DNA from: a virus
Lineage: Duplodnaviria; Caudoviricetes
IMG/VR virus record: IMGVR_UViG_3300037470_000789
Span: 1 to 27,111 of that record
Reading direction: 5' to 3' (one strand)
DNA length: 27,111 nucleotides
Shown one piece after another: positions 1 to 9,382 of this stretch (positions within the stretch are counted from its first letter, which is position 1; each line of letters begins with the position of its first letter). The notes beneath the pieces were generated by a model that made no database searches, was not told where the DNA came from, and was given only the letters and a program-made list of their open reading frames with translations. Position numbers and translations under genes: made by a program.

Positions 1-91
1 GAGAACTTTTTTGTTGTGCAACGGTTCATCCCGGTCTACTCATCGATGTTTTTGCACGGCGGTTTCCTGCATCTGATCTCCAATATGTGGA

Positions 92-144
92 TGTGAGCCG
101 ACACGTAAACTAAGAAAATTTTGCAAATAAACTAAGAAATTTTC
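92..144. repeat. Putative phage right end with two tandem transposase-binding sites
   Basis: TAAACTAAGAAA occurs at 106-117 and 128-139 (22-bp period) in an AT-rich patch, with TGT at 92-94, ~120 bp beyond the last tail gene. Mu-family ends are 5'-TG followed by tandem transposase sites. Confidence 0.55.
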
Positions 145-216
145 TTTTTTGTTTAAAACGATCTACTCCTGCCTCTTTGCTCTCTTTCCTACCTCGCCGA
201 CCGTGCCACTGAAGCT

Positions 217-254
217 GGGCGGCCGGGTCGTGTTAGCGCACGGCCCGGTCGCTC
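217..254 (-). terminator. Stem-loop after last tail gene (terminator or RNA element)
   Basis: GGGCGGCCGGGTCGTG-TTAGCG-CACGGCCCGGTCGCTC imperfect inverted repeat 7 bp past the stop at 262; no U-tract on the minus strand. Confidence 0.45.
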
Positions 255-261
255 CTCTTTT

Positions 262-804
262 TTATTTGATCTCGCTGCCGGGCCACGAAACGGCGTTCAG
301 CGCCGCCGGGTCGGCCGCCCGGTCGATCAGCTTTTCCAGATGCCGGCAGGAGGTCTCGGTTGCCCTGGCCTGGGCGGCGATAGCTTCAGCTATGACGACC
401 AGATCATTCAAAGAAGCGATTTCCACCTCCCGCTCTGCCGCATCCGCCCAGGTCGACGGCAGCGATCCGCCGGCCACCGCCAACACGATTGCCTCGTGCA
501 ACAACCGCCTGCTACGATCGTCAGCCTTGAAATTGCCGGCGACAACCGTCACATCCGCCTCGGCGGCATTGTCCCTGGCACGCCCGATCTCCTTTTTCTT
601 ATTTTGCTTTAACTCATCCAAATTTATGATTACATCAGCCAATTCCGGCCGGCCATCGGCCCGGGCTGTTATGCGCTTGCCTTTTGACTGCCCCACTAAC
701 AAAGCATCATGCTCGGCATCGGTAATCTCGACCGCGTCGGCCGGGATGTCTTTGCCGTGAATCTTGGGGTCGTAAAAGCCGCCGGTCTCTTTCGAATAAA
801 ACAT
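262..804 (-). CDS. Tail fibre assembly protein (DUF4376-like C-terminus)
   Basis: N-terminal MFYSKETGGFY..IHG..IPADAVEIT motif typical of fibre chaperones; ends in AVSWP; follows the fibre gene; RBS AAGGGAG. Confidence 0.8.
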   Translation of the reverse strand: MFYSKETGGFYDPKIHGKDIPADAVEITDAEHDALLVGQSKGKRITARADGRPELADVIINLDELKQNKKKEIGRARDNAAEADVTVVAGNFKADDRSRRLLHEAIVLAVAGGSLPSTWADAAEREVEIASLNDLVVIAEAIAAQARATETSCRHLEKLIDRAADPAALNAVSWPGSEIK

Positions 805-817
805 CGCTGATCTCCCT

Positions 818-1720
818 TTAATAGCCTATTGCAATCCAATACAAGTAATGGGTTGATATAGTTCCATGCGACACAGAAAAATGGGCATTATCTATAATTT
901 GCGCATGATTCCCCTCTCCTGTATTGCCGGGTCCCGCATCCAGCGTCGCCACTATCGCCCGACAAACGCTTGGGAACGCAATCGGAAACGTCTGGCTGGT
1001 CGTTTCAAAGCACCGCCCCCACTGAATAATCAATCCGCTCGGCAGTTGCTGGTAGCCGTTGGCGCCCAGGCTGACCGCGAACTGCAGCATATTCGGCACA
1101 CTATAATTGCCTGCCACCCCATGGGCGGCAAAAAGACGCCCGGCCGCATCGCGTAAGGCAAGAGAGCCCGGAATAAAACTCGTTTGCGCACCGTGGGGAG
1201 CAGTCAAGTCGGCGTGGGTGTCTACCGTGTCCTTCCTGGCGATATCGTCGGCGGCTGCCGGGGCCGCTACTTTGGCCCGCCCGGCCGCGTCGCGCTGCAT
1301 GATCTTGCTTGCCGTTGCCGCAGAAGTTGAGTCGTGAGCAGTGGTTAAATTACCGTGGGTGTCAACCGTATCCTTGAGGGCAATATCGGCGGCGGCAGCC
1401 GGCGCCGCCACCTTAGCCCGACCGGCCGCGTCGCGCTGCATGATCTTGCTTGCCGTTGCCGCAGAAGTTGAGTCGTGAGCAGTGGTTAAATCGCCGTGAG
1501 CTGTAACGGCGGCGGCAATAGCGGCGGCAATCACCGTATACAGCTGGGTATTGTCGAGCTTGTCGAGGGCTACCCCGTAATTCTCGATGACGTTGGCCAC
1601 CTCCTCCTGGACCGCGTTAAGCCAGTCGTTGGTAACCTTGGTCGCCGGGGTCGCGGTGGCAGGGTCGCCCTCGGTGAATTGGTTGTCGACGGTGGCGCCG
1701 TATTCGTCAATCCTGTGCAT
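818..1720 (-). CDS. Tail fibre protein (Mu gp49-like N-terminus, gp53-like C-terminal domain)
   Basis: Start moved to MHRID at 1720 (RBS AAGGAG). N-terminal FTEGDP..ATKVTNDWLNAVQEE; C-terminal NGYQQLPSGLIIQWG..FPIAFP..YWIAIGY. Confidence 0.9.
   Translation of the reverse strand: MHRIDEYGATVDNQFTEGDPATATPATKVTNDWLNAVQEEVANVIENYGVALDKLDNTQLYTVIAAAIAAAVTAHGDLTTAHDSTSAATASKIMQRDAAGRAKVAAPAAAADIALKDTVDTHGNLTTAHDSTSAATASKIMQRDAAGRAKVAAPAAADDIARKDTVDTHADLTAPHGAQTSFIPGSLALRDAAGRLFAAHGVAGNYSVPNMLQFAVSLGANGYQQLPSGLIIQWGRCFETTSQTFPIAFPSVCRAIVATLDAGPGNTGEGNHAQIIDNAHFSVSHGTISTHYLYWIAIGY
1216..1498 (-). repeat. 141-bp (47-aa) tandem repeat in tail fibre, two copies, with a diverged third downstream
   Basis: 1281-1350 is identical to 1422-1491 (70 bp). 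Unit HGDLTTAHDSTSAATASKIMQRDAAGRAKVAAPAAAADIALKDTVDT. Confidence 0.95.
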
Positions 1721-1730
1721 ATCGTCTCCT

Positions 1731-2264
1731 TTAGCTGTAAGCGAAAATAACCCGGGTGTGGGCCGGCTTCCGGCCCTCGATGGCGCACTCCAGAAGCTCG
1801 TTGCCCCAGGTCCGCAACTGCTCGCCGGCCAGGCTGCCGGCGGTAAAGTCATTGATGGTGGTCGCCCCGGCGTTGACCTGCCAGACGTGGGGCGTCACCA
1901 GGTCGGTGATGGTGATCGTGTAGCCGAGGGTTGCCGCTACGTCGATGAAATACTGACGGCCGGCCCCGCCGGTTGCGATCAGCTTGGCGTAAGCGGCTTC
2001 CTGGCGCTGCTGCATTGTGCCGAGCTCGCCGGTGCAGGTATCCGGCAGCCCGAGCAGATCCTCCCATTCCGGCAGGAGTTCGTCGGCGGTGCGCGGATCG
2101 ATCTGCCGGCGCAGGGTTCCGGCACGCCCGTCGACCCGGGCGAACTCCTCGGCCAGCGCCCAGAGCAGCAGGGTCAAGACAGCCTCCAGCGCCCGCGACC
2201 AAGCCGGCCCGCGCGGCAAAAGGGCCTGCAATGCATGACGATAATCAGCCGCGCTCAGGTCCAT
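1731..2264 (-). CDS. Baseplate wedge protein, Mu gp48/YmfQ (DUF2313)-like
   Basis: LQALLPRGPAW, ELLPEWEDLLGLPD and KPAHT motifs; lies between baseplate J and fibre. Confidence 0.9.
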   Translation of the reverse strand: MDLSAADYRHALQALLPRGPAWSRALEAVLTLLLWALAEEFARVDGRAGTLRRQIDPRTADELLPEWEDLLGLPDTCTGELGTMQQRQEAAYAKLIATGGAGRQYFIDVAATLGYTITITDLVTPHVWQVNAGATTINDFTAGSLAGEQLRTWGNELLECAIEGRKPAHTRVIFAYS

Positions 2265-3307
2265 GTGATCACTCCCGGTACCGCCAGCTCGCCGGCGGCG
2301 TGGTTGACATCGGCGATCGGCGCAGTCAGCTCGTGATCGGTTTCGCCGGCCGCCAGGCTGATTGCCTCGTTAATGTGCGACAGCAAAATGGTGCCGGCCG
2401 GCTCCGCCTCCCGGCGCAGCAGATCCTCGATCTCGGCTTCAACCGTCGCCCGCACCGCCGCCGTATCCGGGGCGACATGTAAAGTCAAATCGAGGGCCAC
2501 GCCGGTCGGCGCTATTGCCGTTACATCGGCCGTTACCGGCCGCAGCGGATCGAGATAATCCTGCACCTCGGTCACCTTGGCCGCAATAGGGATGATCGGG
2601 TCCAGATCGTCGCAGACGAAATAGACCCCCACCGTGCCGTCTCCGGCCCAAAGCGGCTCGACCCAGACCCTGGTCACTTCCGCCACCTCCAGCGCCCACC
2701 CCTCATAATCCTCCTTGCGACCGCCGTGGGGCGGGGCCTGGATCCGAGCGACGATCCTGGCCCGCCACGGCTGCACCCCCTCGATATCCGCCCCGCCGGT
2801 TAAGCCGTCGCCGTCGACGGACCCCTCGCCGTTCAGGCCGGCGATGGGGTTGACCAGGTTTAATGTCGTGGCGGCGGCGGCATTGCCGTCAAGGCCGGCG
2901 GTAACGGCGGTAACGGTCACGGTTGCGGCGCCCGCGACCAGGGTCGCCTCCGCGTCCGTGGTGTACTCCTCGCCGTCGACCCGCTGCAATTCGGTACCGG
3001 CCGGGATCACCGTGCCGGTTGTGCCGGTGAAATCTACGGAACCGGCGGCCTGGGTCGCCTGTTTGCGCGGCACCTTCCAGACCGCGGCGTGGACATACAA
3101 AAACGCCTCGCCGCAGGTGGAGACCAGGAGCTGTTTGGCCAGCCAGTCAAGATGGCCGTGGAGGCCGTGGGCGACTCCGGCCATGGCCCGGCCGAGGACG
3201 GCCAGAACGGAGCGGCGCAAGCGAGCCGAGGCCCCGGCCAGGCGGCTCTCGATATCGGCGGCAACCCGGTCGATCAGGGTCTGTAAACTCGGTCTGTTAA
3301 ACGGCAT
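2255..3307 (-). CDS. Baseplate J-like protein, Mu gp47
   Basis: MPFNRPSL start, GGADIE..WRARI..PPHGG..DY..WALEV motifs. Confidence 0.92.
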   Translation of the reverse strand: MPFNRPSLQTLIDRVAADIESRLAGASARLRRSVLAVLGRAMAGVAHGLHGHLDWLAKQLLVSTCGEAFLYVHAAVWKVPRKQATQAAGSVDFTGTTGTVIPAGTELQRVDGEEYTTDAEATLVAGAATVTVTAVTAGLDGNAAAATTLNLVNPIAGLNGEGSVDGDGLTGGADIEGVQPWRARIVARIQAPPHGGRKEDYEGWALEVAEVTRVWVEPLWAGDGTVGVYFVCDDLDPIIPIAAKVTEVQDYLDPLRPVTADVTAIAPTGVALDLTLHVAPDTAAVRATVEAEIEDLLRREAEPAGTILLSHINEAISLAAGETDHELTAPIADVNHAAGELAVPGVITWT

Positions 3308-3749
3308 CGATGGCCTCCCAAATATTGTCGAATCTAAACGTCATCTCGGTCCCGTCCGGCCTGGTGATCTCCACGCCCAAGGCCAGGGTAGAAGCCGAGT
3401 ACCATTCGGCGATGACCGCTACCTCGGCGGCGATGCCGTCATCGATCAGCCAGCGCAGTGCCTCTCTGGCATAATCCTCGGCCCGATCGGCCACCGCCGG
3501 CAGGTGCTTCGAGCGGCCAAGCAGCCAGAGCTTCGAGCCGATCAGGTCACCGGCGGCCAAGGCAAAGGCGTCGCCCCACCAGCCCCGGCGGTCCGAGGTG
3601 TTGTCGGGCAGTTCGTCGCCGGGATCGGCCAGGCGGTCGGTGAACAGCGAAACGATTGTCGCGGTCTCCAAACCCGCGTCGCTCTCCAGGTCGCCGCCGA
3701 GCAGGGCCAGGTCGAAAAAATCGCCGTTATGTTTGAGTTTTGCGTCCAT
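3297..3749 (-). CDS. Baseplate protein, Mu gp46-like
   Basis: SLFTDR..RRGWWGD..GSKLWLL..AEDYAREALRWL motifs. Confidence 0.92.
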   Translation of the reverse strand: MDAKLKHNGDFFDLALLGGDLESDAGLETATIVSLFTDRLADPGDELPDNTSDRRGWWGDAFALAAGDLIGSKLWLLGRSKHLPAVADRAEDYAREALRWLIDDGIAAEVAVIAEWYSASTLALGVEITRPDGTEMTFRFDNIWEAIDAV

Positions 3750-4493
3750 TTACATCGCCTGATTCGGGCCGCCGGTAGTGCCGCCGGAGTCGCCTGGGTG
3801 GTTATGGCCGTTATAGATGCCCCGGTCACCGGCCATGGAGCGAGTCCCGTCGGCCACATTGCCCCCGGCGCTGATATCGCCCGGGGTGGTAATGCCGCCG
3901 CTGCCGGTGGCGCCGGTCATAGTCAGGCCGCCGCCGAAGCTGCCGTTACCGGTCACGGCCAGATTGCCGCTGCATTCGACCAGCGGAGTGGTGAGCGTCA
4001 CCTTGGTCGAGGCCTCGACCGTTACCAGGGGGCTGGTCACCGTGGTATCGATCGAGGCGTTGACTACGGCGGACTTGGTATTGACCGTCACGTCCTCGCC
4101 GATGTCGGCGGTCAGGTGATCGCTACCATATATATGGATAGTCTTGTCGCGTTTGAGATGGATGACCTGGCCCTGATCGTCATAAAGGGCGACCTCGCCC
4201 TCCGCCAAAGAGGTTAGACGATAGCGGCGGTCGTCAACCTTTATGACTACACTGTGGCCGGTATTGCCGCCCAGGGCCAGGCAGATCGCCTCGGCGCCGG
4301 GGAGCGGGCGGCTGGTCAGGCCGTAGTCCTGGAAGCGCTCAACCCGGTCGTGGACCTCGCTGGAGAAAATCGCCAGTTGCAGCTCCTGCATCTTGGGATC
4401 GTCGTAAACCAGCTTGACCACCGCCCGCCGGCACATCAGCCGGACCCGCCGGGCGAGCGGCGCCGTCATCTTGTTGATCAGCCGGGCTATCAT
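3750..4493 (-). CDS. Baseplate spike/assembly protein V, Mu gp45-like
   Basis: Start at 4493 overlaps the upstream stop (ATGA). ERFQDYG, DDRRYR, GEVALYDDQG and C-terminal HNH metal-binding tip. Confidence 0.9.
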   Translation of the reverse strand: MIARLINKMTAPLARRVRLMCRRAVVKLVYDDPKMQELQLAIFSSEVHDRVERFQDYGLTSRPLPGAEAICLALGGNTGHSVVIKVDDRRYRLTSLAEGEVALYDDQGQVIHLKRDKTIHIYGSDHLTADIGEDVTVNTKSAVVNASIDTTVTSPLVTVEASTKVTLTTPLVECSGNLAVTGNGSFGGGLTMTGATGSGGITTPGDISAGGNVADGTRSMAGDRGIYNGHNHPGDSGGTTGGPNQAM

Positions 4494-5521
4494 ATCCCGC
4501 CCCCGGTTTCCGGGACCGGCAGCAGCGCGAAGCCCTCCGGCCGGCAAAGCTCCAAAACCGCCTTGGTCCCGTCCTCATCTTTAATGGAAATAACCCCGAC
4601 AATCAGCAGATCGCGGTCGAGCTTGAGATAGGGACAGCGCACCGGCACCAGCCGGTTCGGCCGCCAGAGCCCGGCGGGATGACTCCAACCCTGGACAGTA
4701 ATCTCCGGCCGGGCCGAGCGGCCCATCCGGACCGCCGCTTCCCAGAGCGCCCGCTCCTTGAGCCCGGCGCTGTCGGCGAGATCCTCGGCGACGATCAGCA
4801 GCGGCCGATAGCGCCCGACATTTTTGTCGGCGGCCTCGCCCCTGGGGCCGGAGTTTTGCTCCGGCGTGGATGTATCGAAACCGGCGGCCTGACCCTTGCA
4901 AATGTAGTTTTTGTAGCGCTCCCGCAGGGAGTAGGTGGCCCGCCCGGAGAGGATATTGTCGCCCTGGACCAGGCCGGTGCCGACGCGGCCGCTGCCGGCC
5001 CGGGTAATTACCAGATTGCCGAGGCCGTCTGAGATCAGCAGGACCCCGCGCATCCGAGCCGCCCGCTCCAGGGCCTCGAAAACCGTCTCGCCCTCCTGAA
5101 TCGAAAAACGTTTTAACGGGGCGCCGAGATCGGTTTCGGCGCTGACCTTGATTTTGAAAGGCTTAACCAGGGCCTCGGCAATCTGCAATAAATCGCGGCC
5201 GTGGAACTCGCCTGATTCGGCAATGGCCGAGCAGTCGACCAGGTCGCCAGTTTTATCGCGGCCGACGACGGTGATCCCGTGATTGTCATTGTCGAAGCTC
5301 GGCAGAACGTCATCGACGTAACCGGTAATCAAAATCTCGCCGCCGGCCGCGACGGTGCAGGCGTCACCCTGCCGGATCGGCCACGCTTCGGCCCGGTCGG
5401 ACCAGCGCTCGGTCAGCCCCAAGGAAAAGGTCGAGCTGATCTGCTCGATGCCGGAGCGGATCTCCACCCGGGTCCAGCCGCCGTAGCGGGCGCCGTTAAC
5501 GGTCAGAATCACCTCAGACAT
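4490..5521 (-). CDS. Baseplate hub protein, Mu gp44 (P)-like
   Basis: LTVNG..YGGW, GRDKTGDLVDCS, GETVFE, LWRPN motifs. Confidence 0.92.
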   Translation of the reverse strand: MSEVILTVNGARYGGWTRVEIRSGIEQISSTFSLGLTERWSDRAEAWPIRQGDACTVAAGGEILITGYVDDVLPSFDNDNHGITVVGRDKTGDLVDCSAIAESGEFHGRDLLQIAEALVKPFKIKVSAETDLGAPLKRFSIQEGETVFEALERAARMRGVLLISDGLGNLVITRAGSGRVGTGLVQGDNILSGRATYSLRERYKNYICKGQAAGFDTSTPEQNSGPRGEAADKNVGRYRPLLIVAEDLADSAGLKERALWEAAVRMGRSARPEITVQGWSHPAGLWRPNRLVPVRCPYLKLDRDLLIVGVISIKDEDGTKAVLELCRPEGFALLPVPETGGGI

Positions 5522-6707
5522 CGGTCCGCACCTCGATCACTTCGCCGCCCTGGACAAAGCCGGGGTGGCGGAAATCGTTACGGGCGACCAGGTCCGCCTC
5601 CCGCGTCGCATCGCCGTAAAGGATATGGGCGATAACCAGAGCCGGCAGGGTGTCGGCCGGGATGTAGCTAACCAGCCGGGCCAGATCGCCGACGCTGTCG
5701 GCCACGTAGCCGACCAGGCCGGCGCGCAGATCGGTCAGGGCCGCGAAGACCGGATCCGCAGCCTCGGCGGCGAGGTCGTCAAGCTCCTCGGCGAGTTCGT
5801 CACGGACCAAAACCGCCTGGTCGACGTTGTCGAACTCGACCAAGCCGGCCGAGCGGACCGCTTCGACCACCGAGGCGCGCTGAACCAGATCGGTCAGGGC
5901 GCTCTGGTTGGCCCGCTGGCGGGTCCGGTTCGGGGTCGCGGGGTCGATGGCGGTTTCGCCGCCCAACAGATCGAACAGCTGCCGGTAGGCATCCAGGGCG
6001 CGTTCGGGCCGGTCCGGGAGCAGGGCGAGGTCGGTAATCAGGCCGTAAACTTCAGCTGCGAGATCAGCCGGGGCGCGGATCAGGCTCTCGACCGAGGCCG
6101 AGAGGCTTTGCAGATCCTTGCTGAACCGAATCACCTCCGTGGGCAGTTCGGGGATAGTGTTCTTAACCGCGTCGATACCGTCGGTGATCTTACCGACCAG
6201 GGTGACGGCGTGGTCACCGACCCAGGCCGGGCCGGTCACGTCGAAACTACCGGTAAAATCGGCAACGATCGCGGCGGCGGCATCGTCGGCGGCCGCATCG
6301 AGGACAGCGGCGCCGTCGGTTGCCGCGGCCGGAAAGACGGCCTCTCCGGACTCGATAAAATCGACCGAAAACCGGGCCATGCCGCCCTCGCGGGTGGACT
6401 CGCGCGGTCCCCGGGCGTCGAGGACGGAAACGGTCATCTCGCCCAGGTAAGGATGGACCAGGGCGCCGGAGCCGCTTTGCTCCAGGGCGGCGATCATCCG
6501 GTCACGCCCGGCCATGTATTCGGCCCCGTGGATATAGAGATCCAGGGTAAAGCGCCGCCCCTTGCGACCAAGGTCCTCGGCGTAGGGGTTGTCACGCTGG
6601 GGATACTCATGGACCGCGACCCGGCGGCCGAGGTTGCCGTCCGAGCTTTCGACTACAAAAGGCACGCCCCGAAAGGTACCCGGCAGAAGGTCATCGCGCC
6701 AGCTCAT
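5514..6707 (-). CDS. DNA circularisation protein, Mu gp43 (N)-like
   Basis: MSWRDDL..FRGVPF..HEYPQRD..EDLGR..G.LVHPYLG; C-terminal PALVIAH.LYGD..R...RN..HPGFV. Confidence 0.93.
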   Translation of the reverse strand: MSWRDDLLPGTFRGVPFVVESSDGNLGRRVAVHEYPQRDNPYAEDLGRKGRRFTLDLYIHGAEYMAGRDRMIAALEQSGSGALVHPYLGEMTVSVLDARGPRESTREGGMARFSVDFIESGEAVFPAAATDGAAVLDAAADDAAAAIVADFTGSFDVTGPAWVGDHAVTLVGKITDGIDAVKNTIPELPTEVIRFSKDLQSLSASVESLIRAPADLAAEVYGLITDLALLPDRPERALDAYRQLFDLLGGETAIDPATPNRTRQRANQSALTDLVQRASVVEAVRSAGLVEFDNVDQAVLVRDELAEELDDLAAEAADPVFAALTDLRAGLVGYVADSVGDLARLVSYIPADTLPALVIAHILYGDATREADLVARNDFRHPGFVQGGEVIEVRTDV

Positions 6708-8476
6708 CAGTTACCTCGCATGATTCGGCCGCTGTCGACGTCGAGATCGACATTCTTGGCGGTGATCTGGGTGGCCTTGGTCGCCCAGCCCGGGGCCGGA
6801 GCCACCTCGATCTTGATGGTGCCGTTCGCCTCGCCGCGCTTGGCCAGTTCGGCGGCGATCAGCTGGGACTGGTAATTGTCCGCCCCGCCGCCGCCCATTA
6901 CCATATTCCGGGCCGCGAGTTTACGAAGGCCCTCAGTCGAGGTGTATTTTGCCTCCTGCCGGGCCAGAGCCTTGCCGGCCGCTTCCGAACCAGCGGCCGC
7001 AGCGGCGGTGACAGCGACCGGCAGCATAGCCACCCCGGCTCCGCCCATAACGCCCATACCGTCCGGAACCAAACCCGCCGGCCCGCTGTTTTTACCGCCG
7101 CCGGGCCAGATCGAGGCGGGGCCATTGACCACATAGACCGGGATCGCATCGCCGAAACCGGCCGCTCCGGCAGCGCCGGGCAGCTTTGAGCCGGCACCCC
7201 GGCCGAACATTCCCATCACGCCCCGGCCGACGTTGTAAACCGACCGGCCGACCACGGCGGCGCCGACCACGCCACCCCCGATCCCGGCGATTTTCAGCCA
7301 GAGATCGACGGTCTCCGAATCCAGAGAGTTCAGGGCGTCGGCCGCTTTTTCCAGAGGGCCGGAAAGGTTGCGATCGGCGAACTGCTGCCAGGCGGTGTAG
7401 AGATTGCGCAAGGCCCGGCCGGAGTCGTTGGCGGCCCGCTGGCTATCTTTAAGGAGGACGGTGCCGTCGGCATGGACTTCCATAAACCGATCGAGACTCT
7501 CAACCCCGCCGGTCCGGGTGAACTCGCCGGCGGCGGCGTTAAAGGCGCGGATCGCCTCGGCGTCGAAGACCTTGGAAAGCACGGTCTTTTTGCCGCCGGT
7601 GGTCCGGATGATCTCTTCCATTAAAGAAGGCAGCGAGCGCAAAACTTCGCGGCCATCCTTGGCGGCCTCTTCATCGAAGACCTTGATGCCGCCATCCTGG
7701 AGGAGCTTGACCTTCTTGGCATCGCCCAGGGTGCGGAGCAAAGCCTCAAAAGCGGTGGCGGCCATCTCGCTGGAGCCGGTGCCCTGGCGGATCATCTGGA
7801 GAGCGGCGCCCATCTCGCGGATCGCCGGGACCCCGGTGCGTCCCATGGCGGTATAGGCGGTTACCGTTCGGGAGCCAAGGGTGGCCAGGTTCTGTAAAGT
7901 AAACGCCCCGGCCTTGCCCTGGACCGTCAAGATATCCAGGGCCTCGGCCACATCTTTTTTAGAGACGATGCCCATCTTCTGGAACTCGGCGGAGATCTGA
8001 CCGATGGCCGAGCCGGTCTTGCCGCCGGTGGCGGAGATGGCCACGGCGAAGTTCTCCAGGTTGTCCTGGGCGAACTTCAAATCGCCGGTTTTTTCGACAA
8101 TATCCTCGACGGCGCTGGTCAGCTCGCCGGGGTCGATCCGGATATTCGGCATCCGGGCGACATCGAAGATCCGTTTTTTTAGTTGATCGATCTTCTCGCC
8201 GTTTACATCAGCCTGGATGCCGAGCATGGTGAAGCGCTCTTCCAGGCCGATCAGAAAGCGGGCGGTGCCGACCCCCGCCGCGCCGGTGATCAGGGCGGTG
8301 TAGCGGTTGCCGATCCGGTCGAGGCCGTTGCCGACCGCGCCCAAGGTGCGGTCGAGGCCGCGCATCGCCCTGGAGCCGCGCGAACCGAGACGGCCCAGGG
8401 AGCTTTCGAAGCGCTTGGCCTGCCGGTCCAGGTTGCCCTGGAGGTCGAGAATTATGCCGGTTTTCAGATCGCCCAT
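6707..8476 (-). CDS. Tail tape measure protein
   Basis: 589 aa, Ala/Gly-rich and helical, between chaperone and N genes. Confidence 0.88.
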   Translation of the reverse strand: MGDLKTGIILDLQGNLDRQAKRFESSLGRLGSRGSRAMRGLDRTLGAVGNGLDRIGNRYTALITGAAGVGTARFLIGLEERFTMLGIQADVNGEKIDQLKKRIFDVARMPNIRIDPGELTSAVEDIVEKTGDLKFAQDNLENFAVAISATGGKTGSAIGQISAEFQKMGIVSKKDVAEALDILTVQGKAGAFTLQNLATLGSRTVTAYTAMGRTGVPAIREMGAALQMIRQGTGSSEMAATAFEALLRTLGDAKKVKLLQDGGIKVFDEEAAKDGREVLRSLPSLMEEIIRTTGGKKTVLSKVFDAEAIRAFNAAAGEFTRTGGVESLDRFMEVHADGTVLLKDSQRAANDSGRALRNLYTAWQQFADRNLSGPLEKAADALNSLDSETVDLWLKIAGIGGGVVGAAVVGRSVYNVGRGVMGMFGRGAGSKLPGAAGAAGFGDAIPVYVVNGPASIWPGGGKNSGPAGLVPDGMGVMGGAGVAMLPVAVTAAAAAGSEAAGKALARQEAKYTSTEGLRKLAARNMVMGGGGADNYQSQLIAAELAKRGEANGTIKIEVAPAPGWATKATQITAKNVDLDVDSGRIMRGN

Positions 8477-8481
8477 TTTGG

Positions 8482-8616
8482 TTATTTACCGTTGATTTTA
8501 TGCATGGTTGAGATTATGCGGCGCAGGGTCAGGGCGTTGATCTCCGCCCCGGTCCAGCCGGTCCGGACTGCCAGGACCAGCTGGAGGTGTTCAAGCGGAT
8601 CCCGCGCCGCGATCAT
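8482..8616 (-). CDS. Frameshift extension of tail assembly chaperone (Mu gp41.5-like)
   Basis: Not in the ORF track. MIAARDPLEHLQLVLAVRTGWTGAEINALTLRRIISTMHKINGK is open in the -2 frame right after the slippery site. Confidence 0.75.
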   Translation of the reverse strand: MIAARDPLEHLQLVLAVRTGWTGAEINALTLRRIISTMHKINGK

Positions 8617-8968
8617 CTCGCCCCCGGTCGCTCAAGCCGGCAAGTCCGGCCGCCTCCAGCTCCTCGGCTTTCTGCTGCAAAGCGTTCAGGTCCTCGGGGC
8701 TGAGCCTTTTGATCTCGCCCAGGGTCAGCGGTCCTTTATAGGTGCCGATCCGGACAATCTGCCGGCGCAGGGTGTGAATGCCAACCATGGTCGGACTGGC
8801 CACCAGGGCGGGCTCCGCTTTGTCCGGGCCGGGGATCAGGACCAGCTTTTCCGACTCCTCCATGGCCTCGATGATATCGCCGCTGGAGGCCTCGCGGATC
8901 TCGGCCTCCAGGTGCGCCTCCGAGCCGATGGTCAGGCCGCCGCTTAAAATCACTTTTACCGTAGCCAT
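8591..8968 (-). CDS. Tail assembly chaperone, Mu gp41-like
   Basis: Between tube and tape measure; LRRQIVRIG..GPL..L..EDL motif. Confidence 0.85.
   Translation of the reverse strand: MATVKVILSGGLTIGSEAHLEAEIREASSGDIIEAMEESEKLVLIPGPDKAEPALVASPTMVGIHTLRRQIVRIGTYKGPLTLGEIKRLSPEDLNALQQKAEELEAAGLAGLSDRGRDDRGAGSA
8618..8626 (-). promoter_or_regulatory. Mu-type -2 programmed frameshift site CGG GGG CGA
   Basis: In-frame CGG-GGG-CGA near the chaperone 3' end, matching the slippery sequence described for Mu gp41; the shifted frame is open to 8482. Confidence 0.8.
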
Positions 8969-8969
8969 T

Positions 8970-9332
8970 TTAGATCAGCTCCTCGGCCGGGGGGCCTTCG
9001 AACTGCAACTCGACCCGGCCGCCCTCGGCTGCTTTCAGGGCCAGAGTGTTGAGCAGCCAGGCGCCCTGGATTACGTACTGCTGGCCGGTGTCGCACTCAA
9101 AAGAAGCGGTGACGTTATCCCAGCCGCGCATGGCGTCAAGCCGGGTCTCGGTTCCGACCGAGATCTCGCACTCCAGCCGGCTCTGCTTTGGGGTCTCAAA
9201 AAAGCCCTGGACCTCGTTCTGGCCGACCAGGGTCGTGCGCTCGCTGCCCCCGATATCGAGGCTGGCGCCGGGCATCGACTCCAGGACCTGGCCGTCGATC
9301 TTGATGATCGCCTTGCCTAATTTTTTACCCAT
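8970..9332 (-). CDS. Tail tube protein, Mu gpM-like
   Basis: 120 aa directly after the sheath; G.A.IKIDG, FECDTG..Y motifs. Confidence 0.88.
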   Translation of the reverse strand: MGKKLGKAIIKIDGQVLESMPGASLDIGGSERTTLVGQNEVQGFFETPKQSRLECEISVGTETRLDAMRGWDNVTASFECDTGQQYVIQGAWLLNTLALKAAEGGRVELQFEGPPAEELI

Positions 9333-9382
9333 CTTTAATTCCTCATCGAAGTTAGATTGATCTAGCTGCCGTTAACGGCCGC

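Noticed and set aside
106-139. CRISPR mini-array
   Set aside because: Only two 12-bp repeats with a 10-bp gap and no cas genes; fits transposase end sites better.
818-1100. Diversity-generating retroelement target or Gin-type invertible segment in fibre tip
   Set aside because: No reverse transcriptase, template repeat, invertase, second inverted tip or flanking inverted sites are visible in the window.
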